Part shown: positions 1 to 8,818 of the stretch, piece by piece
Layout: each line of letters starts with the position of its first letter
How positions within the stretch are numbered: the first letter of the stretch is position 1
Assembly (NCBI GenBank): GCA_038063615.1
Contig: JBBTUT010000003.1
Span: 67,352 to 123,356 of the forward strand
Direction: 5' to 3'
DNA from: Patescibacteria group bacterium
GTDB taxonomy: Bacteria > Patescibacteriota > Minisyncoccia > Phycocordibacterales > UBA1550
Length of the DNA stretch: 56,005 nt
Made by a program: the position numbers and the translations under genes
The notes under the pieces: generated by a model
What the model saw: the letters and a program-made list of their open reading frames with translations, nothing else
What the model was told of the DNA's origin: nothing
Database searches by the model: none

Positions 1-11
1 CGGTCGAGAGC

Positions 12-644
12 TTGGAGGGACAGAGTGCCGGAGGCAGGGCTCTCGCTTATGAAGAAATAATGTCGTATGGAATGGGAGAAATATCAGAATTATTGAAAGA
101 CTACATTCCATATTTTCACCCACACTATTTGGACCACTACGGGTTAGCAATGTTTGTTAAAAAAGATTTAGTTGTTACAGAAGAGGGGGAAGAGTTTGTC
201 TATAAGTATAAAGGGTACTTACCCGAGGGGGACCTTGGTAATCACGCGCGTAATATCCAATATGTTACCCTTAACATAGATGATAAACCTCTTACGGTAA
301 TTAACTTTCATGGTTTATGGAACGGCAAAGGAAAAAAGGATTCAGAAGATAGGATAAACCAGTCAAAAAATATTCTAGAATTTACTAGAAGGATTTCTGG
401 AGAGTTTGTACTCTGTGGTGACTTCAACCTTTCTCCAGAAACAGAAAGCTTGAAAATGTTTGAGGTCAATGGGCTGAGGAACTTAATAAGGGAATATGGA
501 GTCACTTCAACTAGGACATCTCACTATACAAAGGAAGAGAAATTTGCCGATTATGTATTTACTACTAAGGGCATAGCGGTCAAAGATTTTAGAGTTCTCC
601 CCGAGGAAGTTTCTGACCATGCAGCCATATTTTTGGAATTATAG
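12..644 (+). CDS. Endonuclease/exonuclease/phosphatase (EEP) family protein, probably 5'-truncated by the window edge
   Basis: N-x-H (NFHG), GDFN, FADYVF and C-terminal SDH motifs; true start uncertain. Confidence 0.8.
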   Translation: MEGQSAGGRALAYEEIMSYGMGEISELLKDYIPYFHPHYLDHYGLAMFVKKDLVVTEEGEEFVYKYKGYLPEGDLGNHARNIQYVTLNIDDKPLTVINFHGLWNGKGKKDSEDRINQSKNILEFTRRISGEFVLCGDFNLSPETESLKMFEVNGLRNLIREYGVTSTRTSHYTKEEKFADYVFTTKGIAVKDFRVLPEEVSDHAAIFLEL

Positions 645-700
645 TGGTCAGTAATTTTGTGTCGCAAACAGAGCGTATTATGTTAGAATAGTAGAAACAT

Positions 701-1261
701 ATGGAACTTTCTCGACAAATTGAAGCGCTTTTATTTTTCAAGGGCGAGCCGGTGACGGCGGGCTTTTTGGCGAAGACGCTTGGCGTGTCGGAGGACGAGG
801 TGCGCGGAGGACTGGCAGAGCTTGAGCAGGCGCTTTCTTTGCGGGGGATTATTTTGATGCGGAATGGTGACGAGTATACGCTCGGCACGGCACCGCAGAT
901 GGGTGTTACTATCGAGGCGCTTCTCAAGGATGAGTTGAGCAAAGACCTCGGCAAAGCGGGGCTCGAGACGCTCGCGACGGTGCTCTATCGCGGACCGATA
1001 TCGCGAAGCGAGATCAACTATCTTCGCGGGGTCAATTCGAATTACATTTTGCGCGCGCTTTTGGTGCGCGGGCTTATTGAGAAGGTGGATCAGGGAGGGC
1101 GGAGCACCACCTATCGCCCGACATTTGAGCTCTTGTCCTATATGGGCGTGGCAAAGGTCGAGGACTTGCCCGGGTATGAGGAAACGACAAAAGCGGTCGA
1201 GGAATTTAAGCAATCAGAAATAAACGATAAAGAAAACAAAAATGAACACGAGGAAGAATAG
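701..1261 (+). CDS. scpB: SMC-Scp complex subunit ScpB
   Basis: IEALLF...LETLATVLYRGPISRSEINYLRGVNS...Y.PT.ELL pattern. Confidence 0.92.
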   Translation: MELSRQIEALLFFKGEPVTAGFLAKTLGVSEDEVRGGLAELEQALSLRGIILMRNGDEYTLGTAPQMGVTIEALLKDELSKDLGKAGLETLATVLYRGPISRSEINYLRGVNSNYILRALLVRGLIEKVDQGGRSTTYRPTFELLSYMGVAKVEDLPGYEETTKAVEEFKQSEINDKENKNEHEEE

Positions 1262-2249
1262 GGAAGAGATTACCGCGAAGAAGCTGAGAGCGCTTGCGAT
1301 AGTGCTCGGCGGTGGCGCATTTCTTGCGGTATCACTGCAGACATTTCTTGTATCCGCGCTTCCCACGCAGGCGCAAATGCAGACGCAAGCGGATACTCAA
1401 GAGGAACTCCGCGCGCTTGCAACCGCAAATCCATTTGAAGATATTTCTCTCGAGGCGCGCGCCGTATTCGTTTTTGACCTCAAAAAAAGGTCGGTCCTTT
1501 TTGCGCGCAATGAAAACGAGAAGCTTCCCCTTGCGTCTGTCACAAAAATAATGACTGCGCTTGTCGCGCGAGAGCATATGAGTGAAAGTGTGGTAGCGAC
1601 ACTCACCGGCGATGATATTTCTGTGGAGGGCGACTCTGGGCTTCGCACCGGAGAGCGGTGGCGTTTGGGAGACCTCATCAGCGTCATGCTTCTCGTTTCG
1701 TCGAATGACGCGGCACATGCAGTGGCCGGCTTTGTGGGGAGCGAGGGACAGCCGAATGCGGACAGGGAAAATGCGCGAGTGAAATTCATCGGTATGATGA
1801 ATGAAAAAGCGCTCGCCCTCGGACTCGCTCAGACGCAATTTTTTAATGAATCGGGGCTTGATATCAAAGAGTTGCGGGCGGGCTTGCCCGTAGCTACCTC
1901 GGCAACGGCGGGCGGGTATGGTTCCGCGCACGATGTCGCGTTCCTTTTTGCGGAACTGTGGAATAATTATCCCGAGACGATCGAGATCACCGCGCGCAAA
2001 GACGCGCGCATCATTTCCCAAGACGACATCGCGCACATTCTTCCAAATACAAACGAGATAGTGGGAAAGATCTCCGGCCTTGTCGCTTCAAAGACAGGGT
2101 ACACCGATCTTGCCGGAGGGAACCTCGCCATCATTTTTGACCGCGGTATCGGCGACCCAGTTGTCGCAGTCGTCCTCGGCTCAACATACAAAGGCCGCTT
2201 TGACGATATGGAGAAGCTGGTGGAGGCGTCGCGCAAGACAGCAGAGTAA
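1242..2249 (+). CDS. D-alanyl-D-alanine carboxypeptidase (peptidase S11)
   Basis: N-terminal TM/signal; SxxK (ASVTK), SxN (SSN) and KTG motifs. Confidence 0.9.
   Translation: MNTRKNREEITAKKLRALAIVLGGGAFLAVSLQTFLVSALPTQAQMQTQADTQEELRALATANPFEDISLEARAVFVFDLKKRSVLFARNENEKLPLASVTKIMTALVAREHMSESVVATLTGDDISVEGDSGLRTGERWRLGDLISVMLLVSSNDAAHAVAGFVGSEGQPNADRENARVKFIGMMNEKALALGLAQTQFFNESGLDIKELRAGLPVATSATAGGYGSAHDVAFLFAELWNNYPETIEITARKDARIISQDDIAHILPNTNEIVGKISGLVASKTGYTDLAGGNLAIIFDRGIGDPVVAVVLGSTYKGRFDDMEKLVEASRKTAE
1883..1916 (+). repeat. Short variant of the CCTGCCCG...GGCAGGCGGG palindromic element, inside the S11 peptidase CDS
   Basis: CTTGCCCGTAGC-TACCTCG-GCAACGGCGGGCGGG; ends resemble the 54-bp copies in recR and uvrA. 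Confidence 0.5.
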
Positions 2250-2254
2250 TTTTA

Positions 2255-2269
2255 AGGAGGTGCGACCTC
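2255..2269. repeat. GGAGG-N5-CCTCC short palindrome (REP-like family), coordinates approximate
   Basis: GGAGGTGCGACCTCC between the S11 peptidase gene and ftsW. Confidence 0.4.
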
Positions 2270-2288
2270 CATATTAGCCAATAAATAT

Positions 2289-3398
2289 ATGCCTAGTTTA
2301 AAAAAAGAACTCTCCATCGACAAAGTGTTCCTTGGGCTCACGGTGCTCCTCGCATCAGTGGGACTTTTTGTTTTTACTTCGGCTTCGTTCGGGCTTTTTG
2401 CGCGCAAAGGACTCTCTCTCAAGGATCTGTTTTTTGATCAGGTCGGACTCGGTTTTCTTTTGGGGATCGTACTGCTCATTGTCATGCTCAATGTTCCGCT
2501 TAAACTACTGCGCACCTATGCACTCCATATTTTCATTGGGTCGGCACTCCTCACCTTGCTCGTATTTGTCCCCGGAATCGGCGCTGAGCATGGCGGAGCG
2601 AAGCGGTGGCTATGGTTTAAAACGGCATCTTTTCAGCCGTCCGAAGCGCTCAAGCTCGGCACCGTTATTTATTTTGCGGCGCTCCTGCCTCTTTTTAAAG
2701 ACCGTATAAAGACGATAAAATATGCAATCGGCATATTTTTGGGGGTCATAGCCATGCCCGCAGTCATTCTCCTCGCACAGCCGGACAATGGCACACTCGC
2801 AGTGCTTTTTGCCACTATGTGCGCGATGCTCCTTTCGAGCGGGGCGAAATTGCGTCATTTTTTTATTCTAGTCGTCATCGGCGTCTTTTCCGTCGGAGCG
2901 CTCACTCTGGTCAGCCCTCATGTGAAATCGCGCGTGCTCACTTTTTTCGACCAATCGCGCGACCCGCAAGGGGCGAGCTATCAAATACAAAAATCATTCC
3001 TCGCTATCGGGTCCGGCGGGATCACGGGGCGCGGATTTGGACAGAGCATCCAAAAATTCGGTTCGTTGCCGGAGCCGACAGGAGACTCCATCTTTGCGGT
3101 GGTGGCGGAGGAGTTCGGATTTATCGGCGGAACAATCCTCATCATCCTTTTCGTCTTGTTTGGCATTCGCGGACTTCAGATAGCACGGCGCGCGCCCGAT
3201 ATGTGGAGTGGACTTTTGGCCGTTGGAATTGTTATACTGATCGTATCGCAGTCATTTGTGAACATTGCGGCGATGCTCGGCGTGGTCCCGCTCAAGGGAA
3301 TCCCCCTCATTTTTGTGAGCAAGGGCGGGTCGGCGCTCATCTTTGCTTTTCTGGAGATCGGCATACTTCTTAATATTTCTAAACTTAAACGGACATGA
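2289..3398 (+). CDS. ftsW: SEDS family peptidoglycan glycosyltransferase FtsW
   Basis: GAKRW, FQPSE, QPD.GT, LPEPTGDSIF, EEFGF motifs; directly upstream of murG with ATGA overlap. Confidence 0.88.
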   Translation: MPSLKKELSIDKVFLGLTVLLASVGLFVFTSASFGLFARKGLSLKDLFFDQVGLGFLLGIVLLIVMLNVPLKLLRTYALHIFIGSALLTLLVFVPGIGAEHGGAKRWLWFKTASFQPSEALKLGTVIYFAALLPLFKDRIKTIKYAIGIFLGVIAMPAVILLAQPDNGTLAVLFATMCAMLLSSGAKLRHFFILVVIGVFSVGALTLVSPHVKSRVLTFFDQSRDPQGASYQIQKSFLAIGSGGITGRGFGQSIQKFGSLPEPTGDSIFAVVAEEFGFIGGTILIILFVLFGIRGLQIARRAPDMWSGLLAVGIVILIVSQSFVNIAAMLGVVPLKGIPLIFVSKGGSALIFAFLEIGILLNISKLKRT

Positions 3399-4528
3399 AA
3401 ATTCTATTTACCGGCGGGGGCAGTGGCGGACATTTCTACCCGATTATTGCCGTCGCAGAAAAACTCAATAAAATGCTCGAGCGCGAGCGGGTTGCGAATG
3501 TGGAGCTCTACTATATGTCGACCGAGCCCTATAATGAACGGCTTTTGTATGACAATAAGATGACATTCAAGCGCGTGACCGCGGGGAAAGTCCGCGCGTA
3601 TTTCTCGATTCAAAATTTCTTCGACCTGTTCAAAACGGCATGGGGCGTTTTCAAAGCATTTTTCCAATTATTTTTCTTGTACCCCGATGTTGTTTTTGGA
3701 AAAGGAGGATTTCCAAGCTTCCCCGTGCTTTTTGCCGCGCGATTTTTCCGCATTCCCGTCATCATCCACGAGTCGGACAGCGTACCGGGGCGCGTGAACG
3801 CATGGGCGGGAAAGTTCGCGCAGAAAGTCGCGATATCATATCCGGAAGCGGCACAGTTTTTCCCGGCGGGGAAGACCGCGCTCACGGGCAATCCCATCCG
3901 CGAAGACTTCTTGCGTTCGTCTGGAAAAGACGCGTTCAAGGAGCTCGGCCTCGACCCAAACATTCCCGTCCTCCTCGTTCTCGGCGGGTCGCAGGGGGCG
4001 CAAAAGATAAATGGGCAAATGGAAACGCTCGCTCCACGCCTTGTTGAAAAGTACCAAGTCATTCATCAGACGGGCGAGGCGAATATGACGGAGGTGCAGG
4101 CCACGGTAAACGGGCTTTTGGGCGGGAATCCGAATGCATCGCGGTACCATATCTACGGCTATCTCGATACGGAAACGATGAAGCTTGCGGCGGAGGCGGC
4201 GACCATCGTCGTCTCGCGCGCGGGGTCGGCAATATTTGAGATTGCGGCATGGGGAGTGCCGGCGATATTGATCCCCATCGCCAACCATGTCGGCGACCAC
4301 CAGCGCAAAAACGCATTCGCGTACGCGCGGGCGGGAGGCACCGCCGTCATTGAAGAGGCAAATCTCGGACCGAACATTTTGATGTCGGAAATCGACGGGC
4401 TCATGGGCGACGCGACGCGCCGGAGTGCGATGAAAGAATCGGCAAAAGCATTTGCGCGCGCGGATGCGGCAGAAAAGATTGCGGAACAGCTCGTCGCCGT
4501 CGTCTTGCGCCACCGAATTTCAGAATAA
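3395..4528 (+). CDS. murG: Undecaprenyl-PP-MurNAc-pentapeptide GlcNAc transferase MurG
   Basis: TGGGSGGH, HESD..PG..N, GNPIR, GGSQGA, HQ..NA motifs. Confidence 0.95.
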   Translation: MKILFTGGGSGGHFYPIIAVAEKLNKMLERERVANVELYYMSTEPYNERLLYDNKMTFKRVTAGKVRAYFSIQNFFDLFKTAWGVFKAFFQLFFLYPDVVFGKGGFPSFPVLFAARFFRIPVIIHESDSVPGRVNAWAGKFAQKVAISYPEAAQFFPAGKTALTGNPIREDFLRSSGKDAFKELGLDPNIPVLLVLGGSQGAQKINGQMETLAPRLVEKYQVIHQTGEANMTEVQATVNGLLGGNPNASRYHIYGYLDTETMKLAAEAATIVVSRAGSAIFEIAAWGVPAILIPIANHVGDHQRKNAFAYARAGGTAVIEEANLGPNILMSEIDGLMGDATRRSAMKESAKAFARADAAEKIAEQLVAVVLRHRISE

Positions 4529-4532
4529 AAAA

Positions 4533-5876
4533 ATGACAAAAGTAATCACACGATTTGCACCGTCGCCAACGGGGGTGCTCCATATCGGCTCCGTGCGCAC
4601 CGCGCTCTACTCGTGGCTTTATGCGCGCCAGCACGAAGGCACATTCATCCTCCGCATCGAGGATACCGACAAGGAGCGCTCGACGCGTGAGTTCGAGGAG
4701 AACATCATCGACGGGCTCTCGTGGCTCGGGCTCACGCACGATGAATTTTACCGACAGTCCGAGCGAAGTGCAATCTACAAAAAACATCTTGAAAAGCTCA
4801 TCGCCGACGGCACGGCGTATGTTTCTAAAGAAGAGCCGAAAGAAGAGGGTCAGCTTGCCGAAGTGATCCGTTTCAAAAATCCAAATCGCGTCGTGACCTT
4901 TCGCGACGAGGTGCGCGGAGATATTTCATTCGATACGACCGAGCTCAAGGATTTTGTAATCGCAAAGGACCTCGAGACGCCTCTCTACCATTTCGCGGTG
5001 GTGGTGGATGATTTTGAAATGGGTGTCACGCACATCATTCGCGGCGATGACGGCATCTCAAATACACCGCGTCAGATCCTTATCCAAGAAGCGCTCGGCG
5101 CACCCCGCCCGTCCTATACGCACCTCCCGATGATCCTCGCTCCCGACAAGTCCAAGCTCTCCAAACGCCACGGCGCGCTTGCGGTGACCGAGTATCGAGA
5201 CGAGGGATATTTGCCGGAAGCGATACTCAACTTTGTCGCGCTGATGGGCTGGAACCCGGGCAATGACCAAGAAGTCATTTCCGTCGATGAAATGCTCAAG
5301 CTTTTTACGCTCGAAAAAGTTCACAAAGGGGGCGCCGTATTCAACATTGATAAATTAAAATGGCTCAACAAGCATTATTTGAAACTTCTTCCTATGGATA
5401 GGGTAGGGGAGCAGATCCTCGCGCGACTTCCCGATGATCTGCGCGCTTCGGCAAAAAATGTTCCGGAGATATTTGCAAAAGTCGTGCCGGTTATTCTCGA
5501 ACGCATCAGTAGTTTCGGTGAAGTTGCGGAGCTCGCAAGCGGGGGAGAGGTCGGGTATTTTTTCAATGACCCCGCGTATCCGGCAGAAGCGCTTTTTTGG
5601 AAGGACGACAAAGATGCGGGACATACGCGCGCGCACCTTGACAAAGTAACAGAAACATTACAAAAGATAAATCCCGCGGATTTCACGGCAGATACCGTCA
5701 AGACCGCTTTGTGGGACTATGCGACAGAGGTTGGGCGGGGGAATGTCCTCTGGCCGATGCGGTACGCGCTCTCAGGGCGCGACAAATCGCCCGATCCGTT
5801 CATGCTCGCAGAGATCCTCGGCAAAGAAACAACGCTTCGCCGTATCGAACATGCGGTCAAGATTTTGGGCTCGTAA
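4533..5876 (+). CDS. gltX: Glutamate--tRNA ligase
   Basis: TRFAPSPTG.LHIG, LRIEDTD, KLSKR; start moved to ATG 4533. Confidence 0.95.
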   Translation: MTKVITRFAPSPTGVLHIGSVRTALYSWLYARQHEGTFILRIEDTDKERSTREFEENIIDGLSWLGLTHDEFYRQSERSAIYKKHLEKLIADGTAYVSKEEPKEEGQLAEVIRFKNPNRVVTFRDEVRGDISFDTTELKDFVIAKDLETPLYHFAVVVDDFEMGVTHIIRGDDGISNTPRQILIQEALGAPRPSYTHLPMILAPDKSKLSKRHGALAVTEYRDEGYLPEAILNFVALMGWNPGNDQEVISVDEMLKLFTLEKVHKGGAVFNIDKLKWLNKHYLKLLPMDRVGEQILARLPDDLRASAKNVPEIFAKVVPVILERISSFGEVAELASGGEVGYFFNDPAYPAEALFWKDDKDAGHTRAHLDKVTETLQKINPADFTADTVKTALWDYATEVGRGNVLWPMRYALSGRDKSPDPFMLAEILGKETTLRRIEHAVKILGS

Positions 5877-5884
5877 ACTAACCT

Positions 5885-7162
5885 ATGCGCCTTTTCTACC
5901 AATTTTTCATCCTCATAGTCCTCGGTGCGGCGGCGCTCTCCGCGGATTCTTTTGCGCGCGCACAGACGGTGGACGACTTGAAAGAAAAAATATCCACAAA
6001 GACCGATGAATTGCAAAAACTGGAACCAATAATCAAACAACTGGAAAAAGATATTGATAGTACGGTCGCGAAGAAAAAGACGCTGGGTACCGAAATAAAA
6101 ACGCTGGACCTCACCAAAAAGAAGCTCGAGACGGACATCAAGATCACTCAGACAAAAGTGGATACGACCGACCTCAAGATTCGCCAGTTGAGCTCGGAGA
6201 TCGCGTACAAAGAAGACGAGATCGATTCCCGTATGTACGCGCTCAGAGAAGCCGTGCGTGCGATCTATGAAAGCGATGCGAATTCATTGCCCCAAGTCGC
6301 TCTCTCGAACGAAAGTTTTTCAGGGCTTTGGAACGACCTCGATACGCTCGAGCAATTTAGCTCTATGGTGAATGAAAATGTCGAAGTGCTCAAATCCCTC
6401 AAGATAGACCTCGAGGAGAAGAATGAAAAGAAGCAGACGGAAAAAGAAAAGTTACTGGGGCTGAAGGGCGAGCTTGGTGATCGCAAGAAAATAACGGAGG
6501 ACAATAAAAAACAAAAAGCACAGCTTCTGGTCCAGACAAACAATCAAGAATCAAAATACCAAAAAGACCTCAAGCAGAAACTTGCCCTCAGGGACGCGCT
6601 CGAAAAAGAGATCAGCGACTATGAATCAACGCTAAAGTTCATTCTTGACCCCACGACTATTCCGCCTCGCGGGACAAAAGTGCTTGAGTCGCCGGTCGAC
6701 AGCGTGCACATCACCCAGCAGTTCGGCAAAACAAATGCATCCGTGCGCCTATACACTTCGGGAACGCACAATGGCACAGATTTTCGCGCAACGACCGGTA
6801 CGGCGGTGAGAGCGATGCGCGGTGGCGTGGTCGTTGGAACAGGGAACACCGACCTCACTTGTCCGGGGGCATCCTTTGGCAAATGGGTGCTCATTGATCA
6901 TCAAAATGGACTGGCAAGCATCTCGGCGCATCTGTCCCTCGTGAGCGTTTCCGCGGGTGATGTCGTCACGACGGGTCAGCGCATCGCGTACAGCGGGAAT
7001 ACCGGCTACTCGACAGGCCCGCACCTCCATATTTCCGTGTACGCAAGCAGGGCAGTGCGTATCGAAACACGCCCAAGCAAAGCGTGTGGCGGGAGCACCT
7101 ACACCATGCCCATCGCCGCGCTCAATGGCTATCTTGACCCGTTGGATTACATTAGGATTTAA
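5885..7162 (+). CDS. Coiled-coil + peptidase M23 protein (EnvC/CwlO-like)
   Basis: Signal peptide, long coiled coil, HNGTD and STGPHLH M23 motifs. Confidence 0.88.
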   Translation: MRLFYQFFILIVLGAAALSADSFARAQTVDDLKEKISTKTDELQKLEPIIKQLEKDIDSTVAKKKTLGTEIKTLDLTKKKLETDIKITQTKVDTTDLKIRQLSSEIAYKEDEIDSRMYALREAVRAIYESDANSLPQVALSNESFSGLWNDLDTLEQFSSMVNENVEVLKSLKIDLEEKNEKKQTEKEKLLGLKGELGDRKKITEDNKKQKAQLLVQTNNQESKYQKDLKQKLALRDALEKEISDYESTLKFILDPTTIPPRGTKVLESPVDSVHITQQFGKTNASVRLYTSGTHNGTDFRATTGTAVRAMRGGVVVGTGNTDLTCPGASFGKWVLIDHQNGLASISAHLSLVSVSAGDVVTTGQRIAYSGNTGYSTGPHLHISVYASRAVRIETRPSKACGGSTYTMPIAALNGYLDPLDYIRI

Positions 7163-7177
7163 TATATAATTAAAATA

Positions 7178-7405
7178 ATGAAAAAGATTTCTCGACAGCA
7201 AGGGTTTGCAAAGGTCATATTTTTGGCGATCGTGATCATCGGCGGGCTCGCATATTTCAATATCGACCTGCGCGCCATTCTGGGAACCATTTTTGAAAAT
7301 CCTATCGTCCAAAAAGTCTGGCATATTTTCGTTGTCGCGTGGGCTACCTACATCAAACCGCTCTTCGTCTACCTCTGGACGAGCATTGCAGGGCTGTTTA
7401 AATAA
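7178..7405 (+). CDS. Small membrane protein
   Basis: 75 aa with two hydrophobic segments; QQG-F leader reminiscent of a prepilin. Confidence 0.65.
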   Translation: MKKISRQQGFAKVIFLAIVIIGGLAYFNIDLRAILGTIFENPIVQKVWHIFVVAWATYIKPLFVYLWTSIAGLFK

Positions 7406-7415
7406 AGTTTTTCAT

Positions 7416-7553
7416 ATAAAGGATCCTCGGGGCATAGCCCCGAGGTATTGTTGGAGCTCGCTTTGCTCGCACGGTATCGTACCTATATTTCGTCGTCGCT
7501 CGGACGCTGTGTGCGAGAGTACTCGTCCACGCGCTCCTCGCTAGCCGAAATAA
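7416..7553 (+). repeat. 138-bp structured interspersed repeat, copy 1
   Basis: 132/138 identical to 29896-30033; hairpin CCTCGGGGC-ATA-GCCCCGAGG and a long stem closed by TATTTCG/CGAAATA. Confidence 0.9.
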
Positions 7554-7594
7554 GTCCCTTGTGCGACATTGAGCGATAGACTACACTATAGGGT

Positions 7595-8263
7595 ATGGAA
7601 CACTTACGCATACAGAAAGCAGGAGGGCAGAGGCGGTGGAAAATTGAGGAATTGCGCGCAGGACTTGAAAATTTTTATGAAAAGAACGGGCGCTATCCGA
7701 CAGCTCCCGAGGTTGATGCGCACCCATATCTGCCGTCAGCGCGTTCCATCGAACGAAGCCTCGGCGGACTCGTTGAATTGCGAAAAACTCTCGGTCTTGA
7801 TACTCAATCTGATTTTCGAGAGGGTGCGCACAGCAGTGCACGAGCTTACAAGATCAACGCGCGTGCTCACAAAAACGAACAAGAAGTATACACATTTCTG
7901 CAAGAGCGCTTTGGCAAGCAATTTGTTCACCGCGAGTACTTTTTTCTTGACGACAAGCGTACACGAGCTGACTTTTTTGTGTACGATAAGACGAGCGGAT
8001 TTTGCGTAGATGTGTTTTATCCAAGCGACAGGAGGAATCTCATCGGATGTCTCAATAGTAAGCTTGCGAAATATCAAGGACCGCAAATGAATCAGTATCC
8101 GGTTATTTTTTTACAGATGAACAAAGGAATCGACCAGTCTGTGCTGGATACTATTGTAAAAAATAAAACAAAGAAACTTTTAGCAGGACACCGGCTCTTC
8201 GCATGGGATTCATTCAAAGAGTTTTGTCTAAAAAGGGACCCGTTAAAGATTCAGCAGGGATAG
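7595..8263 (+). CDS. Putative nuclease: homing-endonuclease-associated repeat-like N-terminus + PD-(D/E)XK-like C-terminus
   Basis: FYEKNGRYPT...LPSARSIERSLGGL...LGL resembles the HNH_repeat module; RADFFV...CVDV resembles a restriction-fold core. Confidence 0.55.
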   Translation: MEHLRIQKAGGQRRWKIEELRAGLENFYEKNGRYPTAPEVDAHPYLPSARSIERSLGGLVELRKTLGLDTQSDFREGAHSSARAYKINARAHKNEQEVYTFLQERFGKQFVHREYFFLDDKRTRADFFVYDKTSGFCVDVFYPSDRRNLIGCLNSKLAKYQGPQMNQYPVIFLQMNKGIDQSVLDTIVKNKTKKLLAGHRLFAWDSFKEFCLKRDPLKIQQG

Positions 8264-8494
8264 AATGAACAGATAGGGAGAGGCATCATCGTCCGTAGCA
8301 CCTTATCAGGATTCACCAGAATCAGGTACTTAACCATGCATTCACTTAATCCAGAGCACCCAACAGTTACCCTCTCAGTTTCAGTGATTGTACATCAATG
8401 TCGTATAACGCACTCGCGCAAAAGATATATTGTGCGACACTCAACCTATAATAAAGACCTAGGGACACGGGCTCTTCCCTTTTCCCAACTTTAC

Positions 8495-8533
8495 AAAAAA
8501 AGACCCATCAAAGTTTACAGCTTTTGATGGGTC
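8495..8533 (-). terminator. Intrinsic terminator for the small Zn-finger gene
   Basis: GACCCATCAAA/TTTGATGGGTC stem with 7 T on the minus strand. Confidence 0.7.
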
Positions 8534-8561
8534 ACGGCGAGGCTGGGTTCGGCTCTTTGCA

Positions 8562-8759
8562 TTAATCTTCTCGCTCCATCCTCAACAAACATGAGGAGCA
8601 AAATTTTTCACATCCTGGCGTACTGTCTATCGTTGCTTGTTCATACCACTTGTTGACTTGTTCGCCACACCCTTTGCACTTAAATTTAAGATTGCGTTTT
8701 GTCGGTTTTTCAGACCATGGGTTCGAGCTTTCTCGATACAAATCATCATAATCGTTCAT
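8562..8759 (-). CDS. Small Cys-rich (Zn-finger-like) hypothetical protein
   Basis: CKGC...CEKFCSSC; GGGGGT SD upstream; own terminator. Confidence 0.6.
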   Translation of the reverse strand: MNDYDDLYRESSNPWSEKPTKRNLKFKCKGCGEQVNKWYEQATIDSTPGCEKFCSSCLLRMERED

Positions 8760-8818
8760 AAGACCCCCCATTCTTTTTCTTTCAGATTGACTTCTGATAC
8801 AAAGATATCACTTATCCT

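Noticed and set aside
8336-8527. 63-aa ORF in the spacer after the nuclease-like gene
   Set aside because: No RBS, promoter or recognisable motif, and it runs into the terminator of the opposite-strand gene.
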